DNA of 64,000 nucleotides from Sarea resinae (GCA_026026165.1 JAPEUD010000018.1:248001-312000), one strand, 5' to 3'. Shown: positions 48,201 to 62,028, counted from the stretch's first letter. A program made the numbers and translations. Notes: generated from the letters alone by a model not told the origin.

Positions 48201-49598
48201 AGGTGTGATCGAGGGAGGGCGACACGATATACGGCCCTTGTAGTCGTGGTAGAGGTACGAGTTGCGAGTTGTGCATGTATAAATAGCATTAGTAAGGTGA
48301 AGTCGCAGGATGCGTCGGTACTTGCGAGGAGGTTCTCTCCTCGCTGCTCTGGCCGCCACCAGCGCGGCCCGAAGCAAGTGGAGAGACCTGACTTCAAGGT
48401 ACCTTCTGACCCTCGAGTACGACGAGCAGAAAAGTCTCTCCATGTGCAAGCTCGGTCGGTGCGCTAGGGAAAGCGGTCCCTGTGCCTTTGCGCCCCTTGT
48501 TGCCTGGGAACCCTGGACCCTAACCAATCACCTCTCATCGCCCCGTCACTTGCCCTTGGACCTTCAGCGGTGCAGGTACCTTGAACATACCTAGGACTCC
48601 TGGCAAAACCGTACTGCATCTTGAGTACTCGCGCGGTCCAGCCTGGTCGCCCCTTCCCCTTCCCCTTCCCTTTCTCTTCCCCTTCCCACGCCTTGCCCTG
48701 TCCCTGTCGAAATACTGCGAGTAGGTGCAAATTCTCCCCCGCTTACATAGTACGCACCCAAGGCGCAGCTTCCCGTACTGTGTACTCCCTACAGAACGTC
48801 CACACCACCCGGGGGAAGTCGTCGAAGTATCGCTACCGCGGGCAAGTACCTTAGCGTGCTCATCCACACCTCGACAGCGCCTCCACAGATCTGCTCAGAT
48901 GTTTTCCCGAGTTCGATTCTGCTGCCTTTGGTCGTGATATCCCTTCGAATCGTTGTTTGCTTACCTTGCACTACATCCACTCGTTTCTTGACATCCCATA
49001 TCCTTATCCGTGTCGGGCGGTCCCCATCAGCAACACGCCCTTCATTTCAACCGCGTCGACGGCTTTCCACCAGCGAGGCCCACGACCAGTCCTTCGTTCT
49101 GCCGTCACCCTCGTTGATAGGAGCGGCCGTCCATTCGGTCTCGTCTCCCGGGGAACCTCAACTTGGCCATTCGTGGTGTGCCGGATCTCTGTACAGTACT
49201 ACCGTCCCGACTTGGTTATCTCGTCCACGCTCGCTTTTGGATAGATTTGATAGACGGAACTTCGAGACGAGTCTGACCCCAGGCGACGAGTCCCATCTCC
49301 GGAAGATCCTAGGTCGTTCGTTGTAAATACTTGAAGACGTCGTTGCTCGGTGCGGATTGTTCACATCACACCCCGACCCGGAGCGAGCTGCTTCCTCGTT
49401 CTTAGTTTTGCCAGTCTTGCGAGGTCTTCATTCGTGACTCGTGCATCAAATAATATCTGAGCGAGATTTCTTGTCTCTGGAGGACAAGGTCTCTATTTGT
49501 AAGTTGCAGCGTCAAAGGTTCCTCGTCAGATGTCCTCTACCCTTGCACCTGCTACCTCACAGAGGAATGTGGCTGACATTCTTTGATCCGGCAGCATC

Positions 49599-52500
49599 AT
49601 GTCCTCCCCTCAGAGGGGCGAGCACGGCTCTCCCAAGCGATCTCGGAGACCTTCAACCCATGGAGATTCACCTCGACATGCCCGACGTCCTTCGCATGGA
49701 GAAGCCCATGTGCATCGTCACTCATCAAGCTTACCGCAACAGCCTTCGCCCACCAGAAAGCACAAGAAAGAGCCATCCGCTCATGATATCCCATCCCCGG
49801 ATTCACCACTCGTAGGTAGAGATCCCATGATGGGAGCCTCGGGCGGAGAAACGGATTTTAGTCGGAAGAGAAGCTTAATTCGACCCGAACGGAACCGGAT
49901 CGATAAAGCTCACCCAAACTACTACTATCGGCAACATGCTCAGAACATGACTGTGCTCCCCTCTACGACTGGAAATGATCCACTCGTGGAAGAACATGGG
50001 GAGGCGGAGACCGTGAGTTCGGAGAGCACTGATAGGAAGAGTCTCAATCGGCCGGATCAGTATGGTCCTGGTGGCATGGCTTATTCAGACGGTTCGCCGC
50101 CTCGCGGCCCTGAGCCTATGAAGCGATCGTCGACTCGGAAAGAGAAGGGAATAGGAGAAAATAAACGGCAGAAGGATCAAGAGGTGATGCGACCGCCCAG
50201 CTTGTGGAACGTCTACTGCGCCATCATAACGTTTTGGGCTCCAGACGTCGTACTCGGATGCTTTGGGATGCCCGCTAAAGCACAAAAGAGGGCATGGAGG
50301 GAGAAGATGGGACTTATCAGTTGCATCCTCTACATCGGTGCGTTCGTGGGCTTCCTCACCTTCGGTTTTACGGCAACGGTATGCGGAGCACAAAAGTTAC
50401 GTCTCAAGATCAACCACGTCGACTCTGGGTACATGATCTTCCATGGAAGCGCATATGATCTCTCCGAGTCTACACACCCGGCAGCCCAAGGCATTACTTC
50501 TGGCGCCAACGTACTGTACGATCTGTCTCAAAAGCATGGCGGACAAGATGGCAGCTTTCTCTTCCAAAATGTTAATGGGGCGTGCAAGGGACTCATCACC
50601 AAAGCACCCAAGTCTGATGTTCCCTCGAATTCAGACGGGAGTCTGGCTTGGTACTTTCCATGCACACCTTTCAACCAGGATGGATCCACTCAACCAAATT
50701 TGACCATCCCTTACTATCTTGGATATTCTTGCCACACAACGAAGAAATCGCGAGAGGCCTTCTATGGTCTGCGGAGTGCAGGTGATGTCTACTTCACATG
50801 GGACGACGTCAAGAACTCTAGCCGTAACCTCATGGTGTACTCTGGAGAAGTTTTGGATCTTGACCTCATCCGGTGGTTCAACACGTCCCAGGTTTCCTAT
50901 CCGGCCCAGTTTGATGACATCCGGACCAACCCCAAAGTCAAGGGTGTCGATGTGACGTACATGTTTCAGAACAGCGCAGACAAGCGTATCGCCAATTGTT
51001 TGACGGAGATCATCCGGGTCGGATCGATTGATACTGAGACTATCGGTTGTATCGCTTCCAAGGTTGTCCTCTATGTTTCCCTGATATTCATTCTGTCAAT
51101 TGTCATGGCAAAGTTCTTTCTCGCCATAGCATTTCGATGGTTCTTGAGCCGCAAGCTTGCTGCCACCACGACGTCTCTAGGTGGGGCGGAATCCAAGGAG
51201 CGAAACCAGCAGATAGAAGAGTGGAGTGACGACATCTATAGACCGCCACCGAAGATGAATGATATCAATGGAGGCTATGCAGATAGAACGAGCAAGCGCG
51301 GCAGCACACTCTTTCCGACAACGTCTCGCTTTACCAGCCCATACACCATGGATCGTTCCTCGAAGTACCGTCCTGCTCCTACCACGATGGCTAGTCAGAG
51401 CTCAACAGCGCGCCTACTCAATCCAGCTCCTGCCTACAAACAGAGCAACGACAGCCTTGGTAGCCTTCATCCATTGGACCAATCTGGGCGAAATTTGGAT
51501 GGCAGCCGATCAAGCTTAATGCTGTCTAGTCAGGACCAGAGGTTTTCGAGTGTCATGAGCGACATTGATGGCCCCGGACCTGCGGGCTTCATCCACGAAG
51601 CTGTTGTGCCACAGCCTCCTCCAGAGTGGGAGCCTTTCGGCTACCCTCTGGCGCATGCTATCTGCCTAGTCACCGCCTACTCAGAAGGTGCTGATGGACT
51701 GCGGACGACCCTCGACTCTATCGCTACAACCGATTACCCAAACAGTCACAAGACGATCTTGATCATCTGTGATGGAATGATCAAGGGTCATGGCGAAGAC
51801 CTGACAACACCTGAGATCGCTCTAGCTATGATGAAAGACAATGCGGTGCTACCGGATGAAGTGCAGGCTTTCTCTTATGTCGCTGTTGCAAGTGGATCGA
51901 AGAGGCACAATATGGCAAAGGTCTACGCTGGTTTCTATGATTACGGCGAAAATTCCGCCATACCGCCGGAAAAGCAACAACGCGTTCCAATGCTGATAGT
52001 CGTCAAATGTGGTACCCCGGATGAAGCCACACTGAGCAAGCCGGGTAACCGCGGAAAGCGGGACAGTCAGATTATCCTGATGTCTTTCCTGCAAAAAGTC
52101 ATGTTTGATGAGCGGATGACCGAGCTGGAGTTCGAAATGTTCAATGGTCTCTGGAAAATTACAGGCATATCTCCCGACTTCTACGAGGTAGTCCTCATGG
52201 TCGACGCGGACACCAAAGTCTTCCCCGACAGTTTGACGCACATGGTATCAGCTATGGTCAAAGATCCTGAAGTGATGGGGCTTTGCGGCGAAACGAAGAT
52301 TGCCAACAAGAGAGATAGCTGGGTTTCGATGATCCAAGTTTTCGAGTGAGTCTGCATTACTGGATTTCCATAGCAACTACCACTAACATTCTCCCAGATA
52401 CTTTATCTCCCATCATCAGTCCAAGTCTTTTGAGTCTGTCTTCGGAGGTGTCACTTGTCTGCCCGGCTGTTTCTCCATGTATCGGATCAAAGCGCCTAAA

Positions 52501-53422
52501 GGTGGTCAAAACTATTGGGTGCCTATCCTCGCCAATCCCGATATCGTTGAGCACTATTCCGAGAACGTCGTGGACACTTTACACAAGAAGAATTTGCTAC
52601 TCCTAGGAGAGGATCGCTACTTGTCAACTCTGATGCTGCGGACCTTCCCCAAACGCAAGCAAATATTCGTTCCTCAAGCGGTTTGCAAAACGGTTGTGCC
52701 CAACCAGTTCAAAGTCCTTCTTTCCCAGCGGAGAAGATGGATCAACAGTACAGTTCACAATCTCATGGAGCTCGTTCTCGTGAGAGATCTTTGTGGCACA
52801 TTCTGCTTCAGCATGCAATTCGTGGTCTTCATCGAACTGGTTGGCACGCTTGTCTTGCCGGCCGCCATCAGTTTCACGATTTATCTCAGTGAGTTCCAAA
52901 TCCCGACTTTTAAACTTCAAAGGCTGATTAGTATCTACAGTCATTATTGCCATCGTTAGGAAACCGGTTCCGGTCATTCCTCTTGTCCTTCTGGCCCTAA
53001 TTCTAGGTCTTCCGGCCGTCCTCATCGTCGTGACCGCTCATAGGTTGTCCTACATACTATGGATGGTCATCTACATCTTCTCTTTGCCAATCTGGAATTT
53101 TGTACTGCCAACTTACGCGTATTGGAAGTTTGACGATTTCAGCTGGGGAGATACGCGGAAGACCGCAGGAGAAAAGACCAAGAAGGCCGGTATTGAGTAT
53201 GAAGGCGAGTTTGACAGCAGTAAAATCACCATGAAGCGGTGGAGAGACTTTGAGAAAGGTGGGTCGAAGAGTTGCACCCGTCGCGGCGAGTTCTGCTAAC
53301 ACGAAGACCTTCCAGATCGTCGGATGAAAGCTTCGGGCGGTGGTGCCTGGTCGCAGCAATCCCCCTCGGCCGGTGGATGGGGGCAGAAACATCAAGGCTA
53401 TGACGAGTACTCGGACATCTGA
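49599..53422 (+). CDS. CHS3: Class IV chitin synthase (Chs3/ChsD orthologue)
   Basis: Exons 49599-52345, 52398-52888, 52941-53258, 53316-53422. [24 protein letters not shown], cytochrome-b5-like region, [60 protein letters not shown]. Probable 5'-UTR intron 49499-49594. Confidence 0.97.
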
Positions 53423-55057
53423 GCTCGAACATTCGTATCCGTTTCGGCGTTGTGCTTTTCTCTATCATTGCATACAAGGACATCACAGGCTTCCGTCATT
53501 GAAAAGCATACATTGGGTCGTCAGGGGTTCTTTTTTCTACCGGGTTGTTTCTTCGCTCGTTGCTCTCTCAGGAATGGGGGGAACATCATCATCAACATGG
53601 TCATGATGCTTATGGCGTCTTTCGTTTTGCGTGCTCGGGTTCGTGTAATTAATCGTCTTGCTGCATTAGCGATGCATGGCTCTTGTCCGCCGAGAGACAT
53701 GCATGAAAAGAACAGTGCGATCTACTATGTATGAGTTGAGTTCCTTGTCCATGGTGGTGTTTCCCTCAGGCGACGCCCATCATGCTCATCACGTGTTCTC
53801 GCTCCTCATGCTCTCGCTAACCTGGAAGCGGCATGTCCCATCTGGCACCGATCGTGACCATCTCAAGACGAACATGGAATGACATACATGGTGCATGCAT
53901 GCATGCATCTCCATTGATCTCTATCCGCCCGCTCGCTATCCCCCATCTGCCATCTGCCATCTGCCACCTGCCCTCTCCACCTCTTCATACTCTCCGCCTC
54001 CACGTCCTCTATCATCCTCGGCCCTCATCTCTCATTCATCCTCTTCTTCCTCCACTTCTTCCTCCGCCTCCTCATCCGTCTCCTCAGCCCCCCGTCTCTT
54101 CACCACCGGCTTCTTCCACTGTCTGCTTACAGTAACGTCCTGATGTTCGCCTATCTGTCACTCCTTAGTCCTGCTCACTCCTCCTCACCTCATGCGACAC
54201 AGCTAGGAACTCAGATGCTTCGGCATTGTACAGCTGAGACGAATCCTTGATAAATCACCAAATCAGTCCAGCCAAGCATCCACCGCGCTCGATCCCTCTG
54301 CTTTCCCTCCGCCGTCGCCTCCAGATTAACCTCTTCCCGAGCCGATATTCTCTTTTTCTCGGGCTATAGTCCCTGCGCCAAGTCTGATAAGAGCCTGCTC
54401 CTGCAAGATAGCTTTCATCCGACCTTGGATTACATGAAGTGCTCGAGGACGTCGTCACTGGTCTTGCCTTCATAATTCACAGCTCGGATTAGTCTCGGCC
54501 TCAGATCTGCATCGATGAATGACGCTGTCGAGCAAACCCATTCGTCATAACGCCGTTCGCTGCGCCACCACTCTGTTTGAATCGCGTTCCTGTCCCTCGG
54601 TTTTGTTCTCCTCAATACCATAGGTATGACCAATGTCGCCCCTTGCGCTTTTCCCTCCTAATCCGAGAATCTAGACTTTTCGACTCAACCTCTGCTCGTA
54701 CATAGACTGGCCACCATAGTACGGCAAGACAAAGCGCTACCTGGCAACAGATCTGCGCCGCCAGCAAAGAGGCCAGTCCAATCATCATTGGGGGGAGACG
54801 ATTGGGTTTCTTGAGAGCCAATCGGTTCCGGATATTGCGCCTCTCTGGGTGCATCCCACCTTGTCGTGTTCAGCAAATCCACTAATCCGAGACGGCGGAT
54901 CTGGCCGGCCCTGAAATCGATATCCGAATATCTTGTCAATTATCCGCTTCCTCTTGTATTGTTCGTTGAATGCGCGACATCGCGCAGTTGCCCCGTCTTA
55001 AGGACCAGACCTATCATAATTCCCATCTCAGCTGGCAGTAAGCGAGGCTGATCGTCA

Positions 55058-57923
55058 ATGTCTTGTAATCTTTCTGTCTGTGGAGGCGGCGAAGGTGACG
55101 ATGATGCTGGAGATGTGCGAGACAATCTAGCCTCACATGGATCTCAAACGCATAGAGGTTCCGTTGGGCACGTCGACGTGGACGTGCAGGCATCAAGGGA
55201 TCATGGTGCGTTAGAGAAAGACCACAGTTCCCGGCAATACTCGCAAACGGCTTCGGTCGACTCTTATTCAGATATCACAGCCGATCGCTTGGCTCAAGAC
55301 CTGGTAGTGAAATCTGTCGGCGTTAGTCATGCTTCGCTGGAAGATCAAGTCGGGTCTTCTCTGCAGGGGCCCCTTGCTGGGGAGCCACATACCTTGGAGG
55401 CTTCTCAGCATGGCCATGCGCGGATAAATTGGCCTGCATTGCCTCTTGAACACTCGGCCTCAGTCCACGATCCTGTACAGCATGCGGCGCGTAACTTTTC
55501 TATCAATGCAGGTCCGTCCCTGTACGATCTTGAAGATGATCTGGACGAGGACAACGCGCTATCGAGTACGGCTCCTAGTCCTCGTGGCGTTGATTATTCC
55601 AGTAGTGAAGATGAGAGGGATGGGGGCGTTGAGCTTCTTGTAGGCACTCTGGAGAGAGAAAGCGGTAGTCAAATGGCTTCTCGTCTCCAAGAGAATCAGG
55701 ACCGTATGGAACATGGACACTCTTCGCTTCCTCCCTCCCCAAGCTCAACCAGTGGTGTTCCTTTGGCTTCGATGTCTCAGGCTGTTGCAATGGAGGAGGT
55801 GCCGAGTCAAATCCTAGCGCCAGGTGTTCAAGTTCCTGGGCCCGCTAATGATGAATCGAATTCAGGGCTCGTCGAGGGTCAGACGAACATGTCTGAGCAT
55901 CCCTGGGCCGACGCAGACATATGGAATAGCGGTCTGTACCCGTTCGTCGACGCCGAGACTCTGAACAATAACGCTCTTGTTCATCACGGGCTGCTGCCGA
56001 TCCCTCAACTGTTTCCATCGACACATTGGGATCCACCTGGTCAACTCCCCACCAACACCACCGCCTTTAGCGCATCATCATTTGCTCCCCACATTGCTTT
56101 TCAAGCTATCGGAGGGACACAAGTACAGGCTCCGCCCCTGCAGAACGACAGCGACCATCACTCTTCTCATCTCTTTGCTCCCGAGACTAGCACCGATCTT
56201 GCAATGGCTGACGAGGCCGAGTCCCAGCCAATTTGGCTTCAGGCGAACCCTGACCCTCTTGCTCTGGAGGCCTTTGGTCTGGAGCCCTTTGGTCCGGAGG
56301 CCTTTGGTCCTTCTTTTGATCCTGATCCCGATGATGATGAAGACGATGACGATGATGACGATGACGATGGCGAGAATGATTACAGCCCTGACTTGGATTT
56401 CGACGCGTTTGTCGTAGAAGATTTTGAGCAGAATTTTGACTTCCGTCAGTTCATCGAGCAGTGGAGTCTTGGCTATTTGGACAGTGCCGGCTTCAAGGCG
56501 GACGACTTGATTGGAGCTCATCTCGAGTACATGCGTCGCCCGAAGCAAATCAAGCGCGAAGATCTCAAGGGAGAAGCATTTGATGTACAAGGGATCAATT
56601 GGAAGCAGCTTCGCACCAAGAGGGAGATAGCTCGTGAAGCGCGCGCTAACTCGTACATCAACTACTCGAATCTTGGGCATTCTGTTCCCTCCAGAGTAAG
56701 TCAACCCCACCATCTCAAGATGCTTATATCTAATCGGGTGCTAGTGGGCTCACGATCTCCCGGAGACCGATGATTACTTTCAATTTCGCCGCATGGACAC
56801 GACCAAACGTGTATATCTCATGCACTTCCAGCTGCGACACCTTCTCAGTGCGACCTCGAAGAACGATGTCTACTATGCCGGACGGGGCAAGGTCTTCTGC
56901 ACCAACCCTAGCACGTACACCCAACGCGTCGCTATGGACGTGAGCAAGTCTAAACTCACCGATCCTTATGGCGGGGGCATGAGGATCTCGACCTTGACTG
57001 CCGATCACGGTGTCCTCATTGCCGGTGGCTTTGGAGGCGAGTATGCGATGACGAGTCTCGATGCCGATTACGAAAGCAAGCACACCGAGGGTTTCGTCAC
57101 CAAGGTGAACAATGGCATCACGAACCATGTGCATACTTGTCTGAGCCGCTCCAGCGGAAGCCCTACGGCGGTCTTCTCGTCCAACGATTGTAAGATCCGA
57201 GTCCTCGACTGCTACACTAACAAGCTTTTCAAAGAGCACGACTACGGTTGGGCTGTCAATTGCTCTGCCACCAGCCCCGATGGCCGCATGCGAGTCGTCG
57301 TCGGCGACAACGTCGACAGTGTTGTCAGTGATGCCGAGAAGGGCACCCGAATCGAAACGCTTCGGGGTCATCGAGACTTTGGCTTCGCCTGTGCCTGGGC
57401 CGATGATGGCATCCACCTTGCAACCGGTAATCAAGACGCCCAAGTCTACATCTACGATCTGCGTATGCTGCGCCGCCCACTTCAGGTCATCGCGAGCGAG
57501 ATGGCCGGCGTCCGCTCTCTTCGCTTCTCTCCCGTTGGCGGTGGCAAACGCGTGCTCCTCATGGCCGAGTCAGCCGATATCGTCTCGGTCGTTGATGCGG
57601 AATCATTTGAAACCAAGCAGCGCCTTGATTTCTTCGGCGAGATCGGCGGCATCAGCTTCACGCCCGATGGGTCAGATTTCTACGTGGCCAATACCGATCG
57701 TTGTTTCGGTGGAATCATGGAGTATGAACGTATTGGTTATGGCGAGCAACATGGCATGCGTTGGACTCGCCAACGTGAGATCGAGGATGCGGGCGACGAG
57801 TATCACGAAGAGAAGGATTTCGAGTGGCTTCCCGAGGAGGACCTTGATCTTGATAAGAGAGTCAAGCTGTCCGAGACTTCTCGTCAGCGTCGGGGTCTGG
57901 ATCTGGGCAACCTCGTCTACTAA
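55058..57923 (+). CDS. WD40-repeat protein (SPBC2A9.03/DUF2415-like) with a long acidic, disordered N-terminus
   Basis: Exons 55058-56695 and 56745-57923. DVQGINW...R..Y.NY.N, HFQLRHLLSATSKNDVYY, AGGFGGEY, NGITNH, SSNDCKIR, WAVNCSATSPDG, LRGHRDFGFACAW, ATGNQD, DFFGEIGGISFTPDG. The start is uncertain. Confidence 0.88.
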
Positions 57924-58563
57924 CAACCTTTCTGGCATCTGGTATCACCACCCATCGCAATCCACCGTGCTTTTTCCCTCACACAAGGACTCCGATGACC
58001 ATTTCGCCAGCCATGTTCAACACAGCGCGACATTCAAAGTTTCCACTTGCTTTGCGCTTCGCTTTTTCTTTTCTTTTGCATCTCATGTCATGTTGTGTCC
58101 GGAGGCATAATCATCGGCGTTTTTCTTCGCTGCATTCGAACTCTGGTGTGCCGTTTCCCCCAATTTCCCTTGGGCTTTTCTCTTTCCTTGCCCCGGAGTG
58201 CGGAGTCTTCTCTTGCATATACCCGACTCACGACTACACTGCGACATACGACTACGTGCGACAACGAATCTCCTTTCTGGGTTACTGCGCCGGCGAAAGG
58301 ATGGATAGGTATGGTATGGCCGGTTCGATTGGTCGATTGGCCGGTTGGTTGGTCTCGGTCGGATGATCTAATCATGGGCGATAGGATCGGATAGGATGGG
58401 TTGAGATAGGATAGGATCGGATAGGATGGGTTGGGATAGGATGGGCAATGTGGTATGCGCATGGATGAATCGACAGTTGGATAGATGGACACATGAGGGC
58501 GGGTGGGTGGGCTACAGCCTACTATCCGTCCCATCTCATTTCATCGTCACTGTCATCGCCACT

Positions 58564-58605
<42 letters not shown>

Positions 58606-58859
58606 TCACCGCGCTCTCAAATTTCCTTCCTTCCTCATGCATGCCCAGCCTAGTTTTTTTTCTCTCGCATGGCTTAGCTTAGCTTAGCTTTCCTTTCCTT
58701 TTCCCTTTTTTCCGTTTTTATCCCCCTTCTTTTTCTCTTCACACCGTCAAATTTTTAATAGAGAGGCATCAGACCAGAGGTTTCTCTTTCTGTCTCTGTC
58801 TTTAGCCTAGAAGGGAAAAAAAAAGAATTAAAATTTTCGAAAGATCGTATGTGAAATGA

Positions 58860-59360
58860 GGTCAAGTGTGAGGTGAGGTGGGGTGAAGTGAAGTGAAAAG
58901 TTTGTAGGTTCTACGACTTAAAGGAGGGGGTCTAGGAGTGTCGATTTCTGTCGCTGTTGATGTTTTTAGTGAGGATAAGATAGGTAGAGATAGATAGGGA
59001 GGGATAGATAGGGTTAGGTAAGGAGGTAGGGATAGGTAGGGATAGAGATTCATTTAGGGGCTATAGGTATCGGCATCATTATGATATCTGTTTTATTTGA
59101 TTTTATTTCCATTCTTTGGTTTGGTTTGTTTAGATTAGTTTTGTTTTGTTTGATTGTCACCGTGATTGGAATTGTGGTTCCATGTTTCTTTCTTTCTTCC
59201 TTGATCTTCACTCTTGCTTCTTTTCACTCTACCTATTTGTCTCGTCTTCTCTTATCTGCTATACTTTGAACTCGACTGCTTTCTCTAGTCTCTAATCTAT
59301 CTGCCGACGTGGGAAAAAGGTCCTGACTTATCTAATTATCTGTCTATCTATCTATCTGCA
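58860..59360. other. Second, weaker TpA-rich (RIP-like) low-complexity patch between convergent genes
   Basis: Runs such as gataggtagagatagataggga and ctagtctctaatctatct. Confidence 0.45.
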
Positions 59361-59546
59361 AGAGGGGACCGTGGTCGTCGTCATGGTTGATGGATGGGGG
59401 CCTAGATAGATGAGTTGGATGGATTAAATGACTGAATGGATGGATGAAAGGACGAAGCACAGCGCGTCATGTAGCCCATTATATCACACCGAAGTGAAGC
59501 CCGCCATGTAATCCACAGCCACATCTACATGCACATCCGCATCCGA

Positions 59547-60920
59547 TCAGTACCCTCTTCGTCGATCCACCACATTGATCAACTTCTCGCCGCGCGCCCT
59601 CTTCTGCAGATTGAGCTCCAGCACCTGGAAGCTGCGTTCCGAGTACGCGATGCCGCGGCCCGAGATGTGCGGCGTCACCTGCACGTTGTCGAGGTCCCAC
59701 AGCTCGCTGTCGCGCGGCAGCGGCTCCGGGTCCGTGACGTCGAGGGCGGCGCCGCGGAGCCCGCCCTCGGCCACGGGCTGCTTGAGCGCGCGGATCAGCG
59801 CCGCCTGGTCGACGATCTGGCCCCGCGAGATGTTGGAGATGAAGGTGTTTTTCGTGCGGCCGAGGAGGTCGAATTCGGCCGCGCCGAGCAGATGGCGCGT
59901 TGCTGGCGTCAGAGGCACGCTGGGATGGGGCGTCGTGTTAGCTGTTTGATTTGGCGTGAACCGCGAGATCATTGGGAGACAAGGACATACGATACGAGTA
60001 GGACGTCAATGTCCTGCTTGAGGAAGTGGTGCAAGGACTCCTTGTCGGACCCGCTGTACCACGCGCTCGGGATCGTCCCGTCCGCATCGCCGGTTCCGGG
60101 CACGATGAAGCCCTTGTCCTTTTTGCTCTCGGGGGTGTCGCGCGGACCCGCCGTATACGCGATGACGTCCATGCCCATGGCCTTGGCCGCGCGGGCGGCT
60201 GTGAATCAACCAAGTCAAACGTCAGCGCGCACGCTGAAACGGGATGGATGGTGGAAAACATACCCTGCCGCCCGATACTCCCGTAGCCCAGAACGCCGAA
60301 TCGCTGTCCGACCAGGTCCGCCACCGCGGGCATGTCCTCGTACTGCGCCCACTTGTGCTCGCTCTGCCATTTGAGGAGACCCTTCTGGTAGTGGACGTGC
60401 GAGAGCAGCGTCATGAGCACCCATTCGGCGATTTGCGGTCCGTGGATGCCCGAAGACGTCGTCAACGTGATGTCGGTGTCGGTGTAGATGGGGGACTTGA
60501 CGACGTGGTTGGTGCCGGCGGAGACGAAGTGGATGAGCTGGAGCTGTTCGGACGTTAGATTGTCGTTGCTCCGTGGCGGGCGCATGGCATAACAAACCTT
60601 GGGGCATTCGGAGGGGTGCGGAGGGAGCGCGAATAGAGTAACCAGGATGGTCACATCTTGGAAGAGGTCTAAATAGAGTGCCATCAGCAATGCAATATCT
60701 CGTGACGACTTGATTGACCGATGCCACCGAGAAACGGACCTGGAGGAAAGATGCCATCACCATGGCCGGCACCGGGAAGATCGCGGGGAACCTTCTCTTG
60801 CGGGTAGAAGGTGACCTTGAACAGCGGATGCTTCTTCTTGACCACGGCTACATATTCCTCGAACATTTTGGGCAAGATGATCAGCAAATGCTCGCGGCTG
60901 CTGTCCTCGCCTCCCCCCAT
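59547..60920 (-). CDS. D-isomer-specific 2-hydroxyacid dehydrogenase
   Basis: Exons 60920-60740, 60668-60598, 60543-60264, 60198-59991, 59919-59547. TTSSGIHGPQIAEWV, GVLGYGSIGRQ (dinucleotide binding), VPLTPAT, NISRGQIVD, AALDVTDPEPL, TPHISG (Arg/Glu/His catalytic residues). Confidence 0.93.
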
Positions 60921-61463
60921 GGCGGCCAGGATGGACTGGAGACGCGGGGTAGCGATGATGAAATGAATGAAGTTGCAATTGAGTGCCCTTGAGATGGAGA
61001 GCCCGAAGATGGAGATCGTGAAGAGGGCAGGAGAGAGAGGAGAGAGAAAGCAGATTGAGGTGTCTAGATGGTGTATTCAGAAGGTCGGCGCCTTATCGCC
61101 GAGGGACGGCTAGCAACGTCAACGTCAACGTCAACGTCAATGTCAATGTCAATGTCCATGTCCATGTCAACATGTCAAAGGGTCATAGGGCGTAATACTC
61201 TCTCGATCTCGTATTTTTCGTCAGCACCCACAATCACCAGCGTCGGCCAGCATCGGCAACAGATTTCTCGTTATGCCTGGTATCTACGGCCTTTTACTAC
61301 TGTCATTGTGAGCGGTTCCATTGGATCTGCCGCTTTCATCGTGGCATTCGCCATTTCTACTCTAGATGATGCTGGTGCGGAGAAAGACGATGCGACCCTT
61401 GACGGCGGACGTGACTCCGTAGTCGCTCGCTTCTCCGCTCCGCGAGGGACCCCGCTCTACTAT

Positions 61464-62028
61464 CTACAGATCAATGCGCTTGAGCAACTCCCGGTGCCCG
61501 TGATGATGACCCCCCTTCGCTGCCTTGCCCCCATAAGTTCCCTTGCCCCTGACATTCATCGAATCATCCGCGCACTCGGCGAATCCATTCTTCTGCTGCC
61601 CGTCGTGCGTGATCACGGCGCAATAGACGGCGCTCTGGTAATCGGCGGCAATGCTGCCAATCACCACGCGGTCCGCGCCCGGCGAGGACCCGTCGTAGAT
61701 GGCGCCGTTCTGGAGGATGGGGAACTCGAGGTAGGGCGCCTGCGCGTGCGTGAAGGAGAAGTGCTCGTAGTCATTGTAGGCGTGAGGGTATCTGTCGCGA
61801 CCTGCTCTCGTGTTAGGCCATCGGGTGCAATCAGACGGGGAGAAAGGAAAACCAATGGTTTGGCCCTGGGAGGCGAGCTGTAGCGCTTTGGAGGCCGCGT
61901 TCTGGATGTCGGTCTTGGTATAGTCGGTGCCTGTGCGTGCACAGATGAGAAGGGCAGTCTTCATCGAGGCTGGATTGCGTCTTACCGTCGCAATTGCACC
62001 CGCTGGGCTCGTACTGGATCTCTGCCAT
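61464..62028 (-). CDS. RNase T1/N1-family guanyl-specific ribonuclease, no N-terminal signal peptide seen
   Basis: Exons 62028-61986, 61930-61853, 61801-61464. YPHAYNDYE, YLEFPIL, SPGADRVV and ITHDG carry equivalents of T1 His40, Glu58, Arg77 and His92; ends NGFAEC plus a C-terminal extension. Confidence 0.88.

Noticed and set aside
59529..61883. 281-aa and 271-aa + strand ORFs
   Set aside because: Antisense to the dehydrogenase and RNase genes; one begins in a microsatellite.
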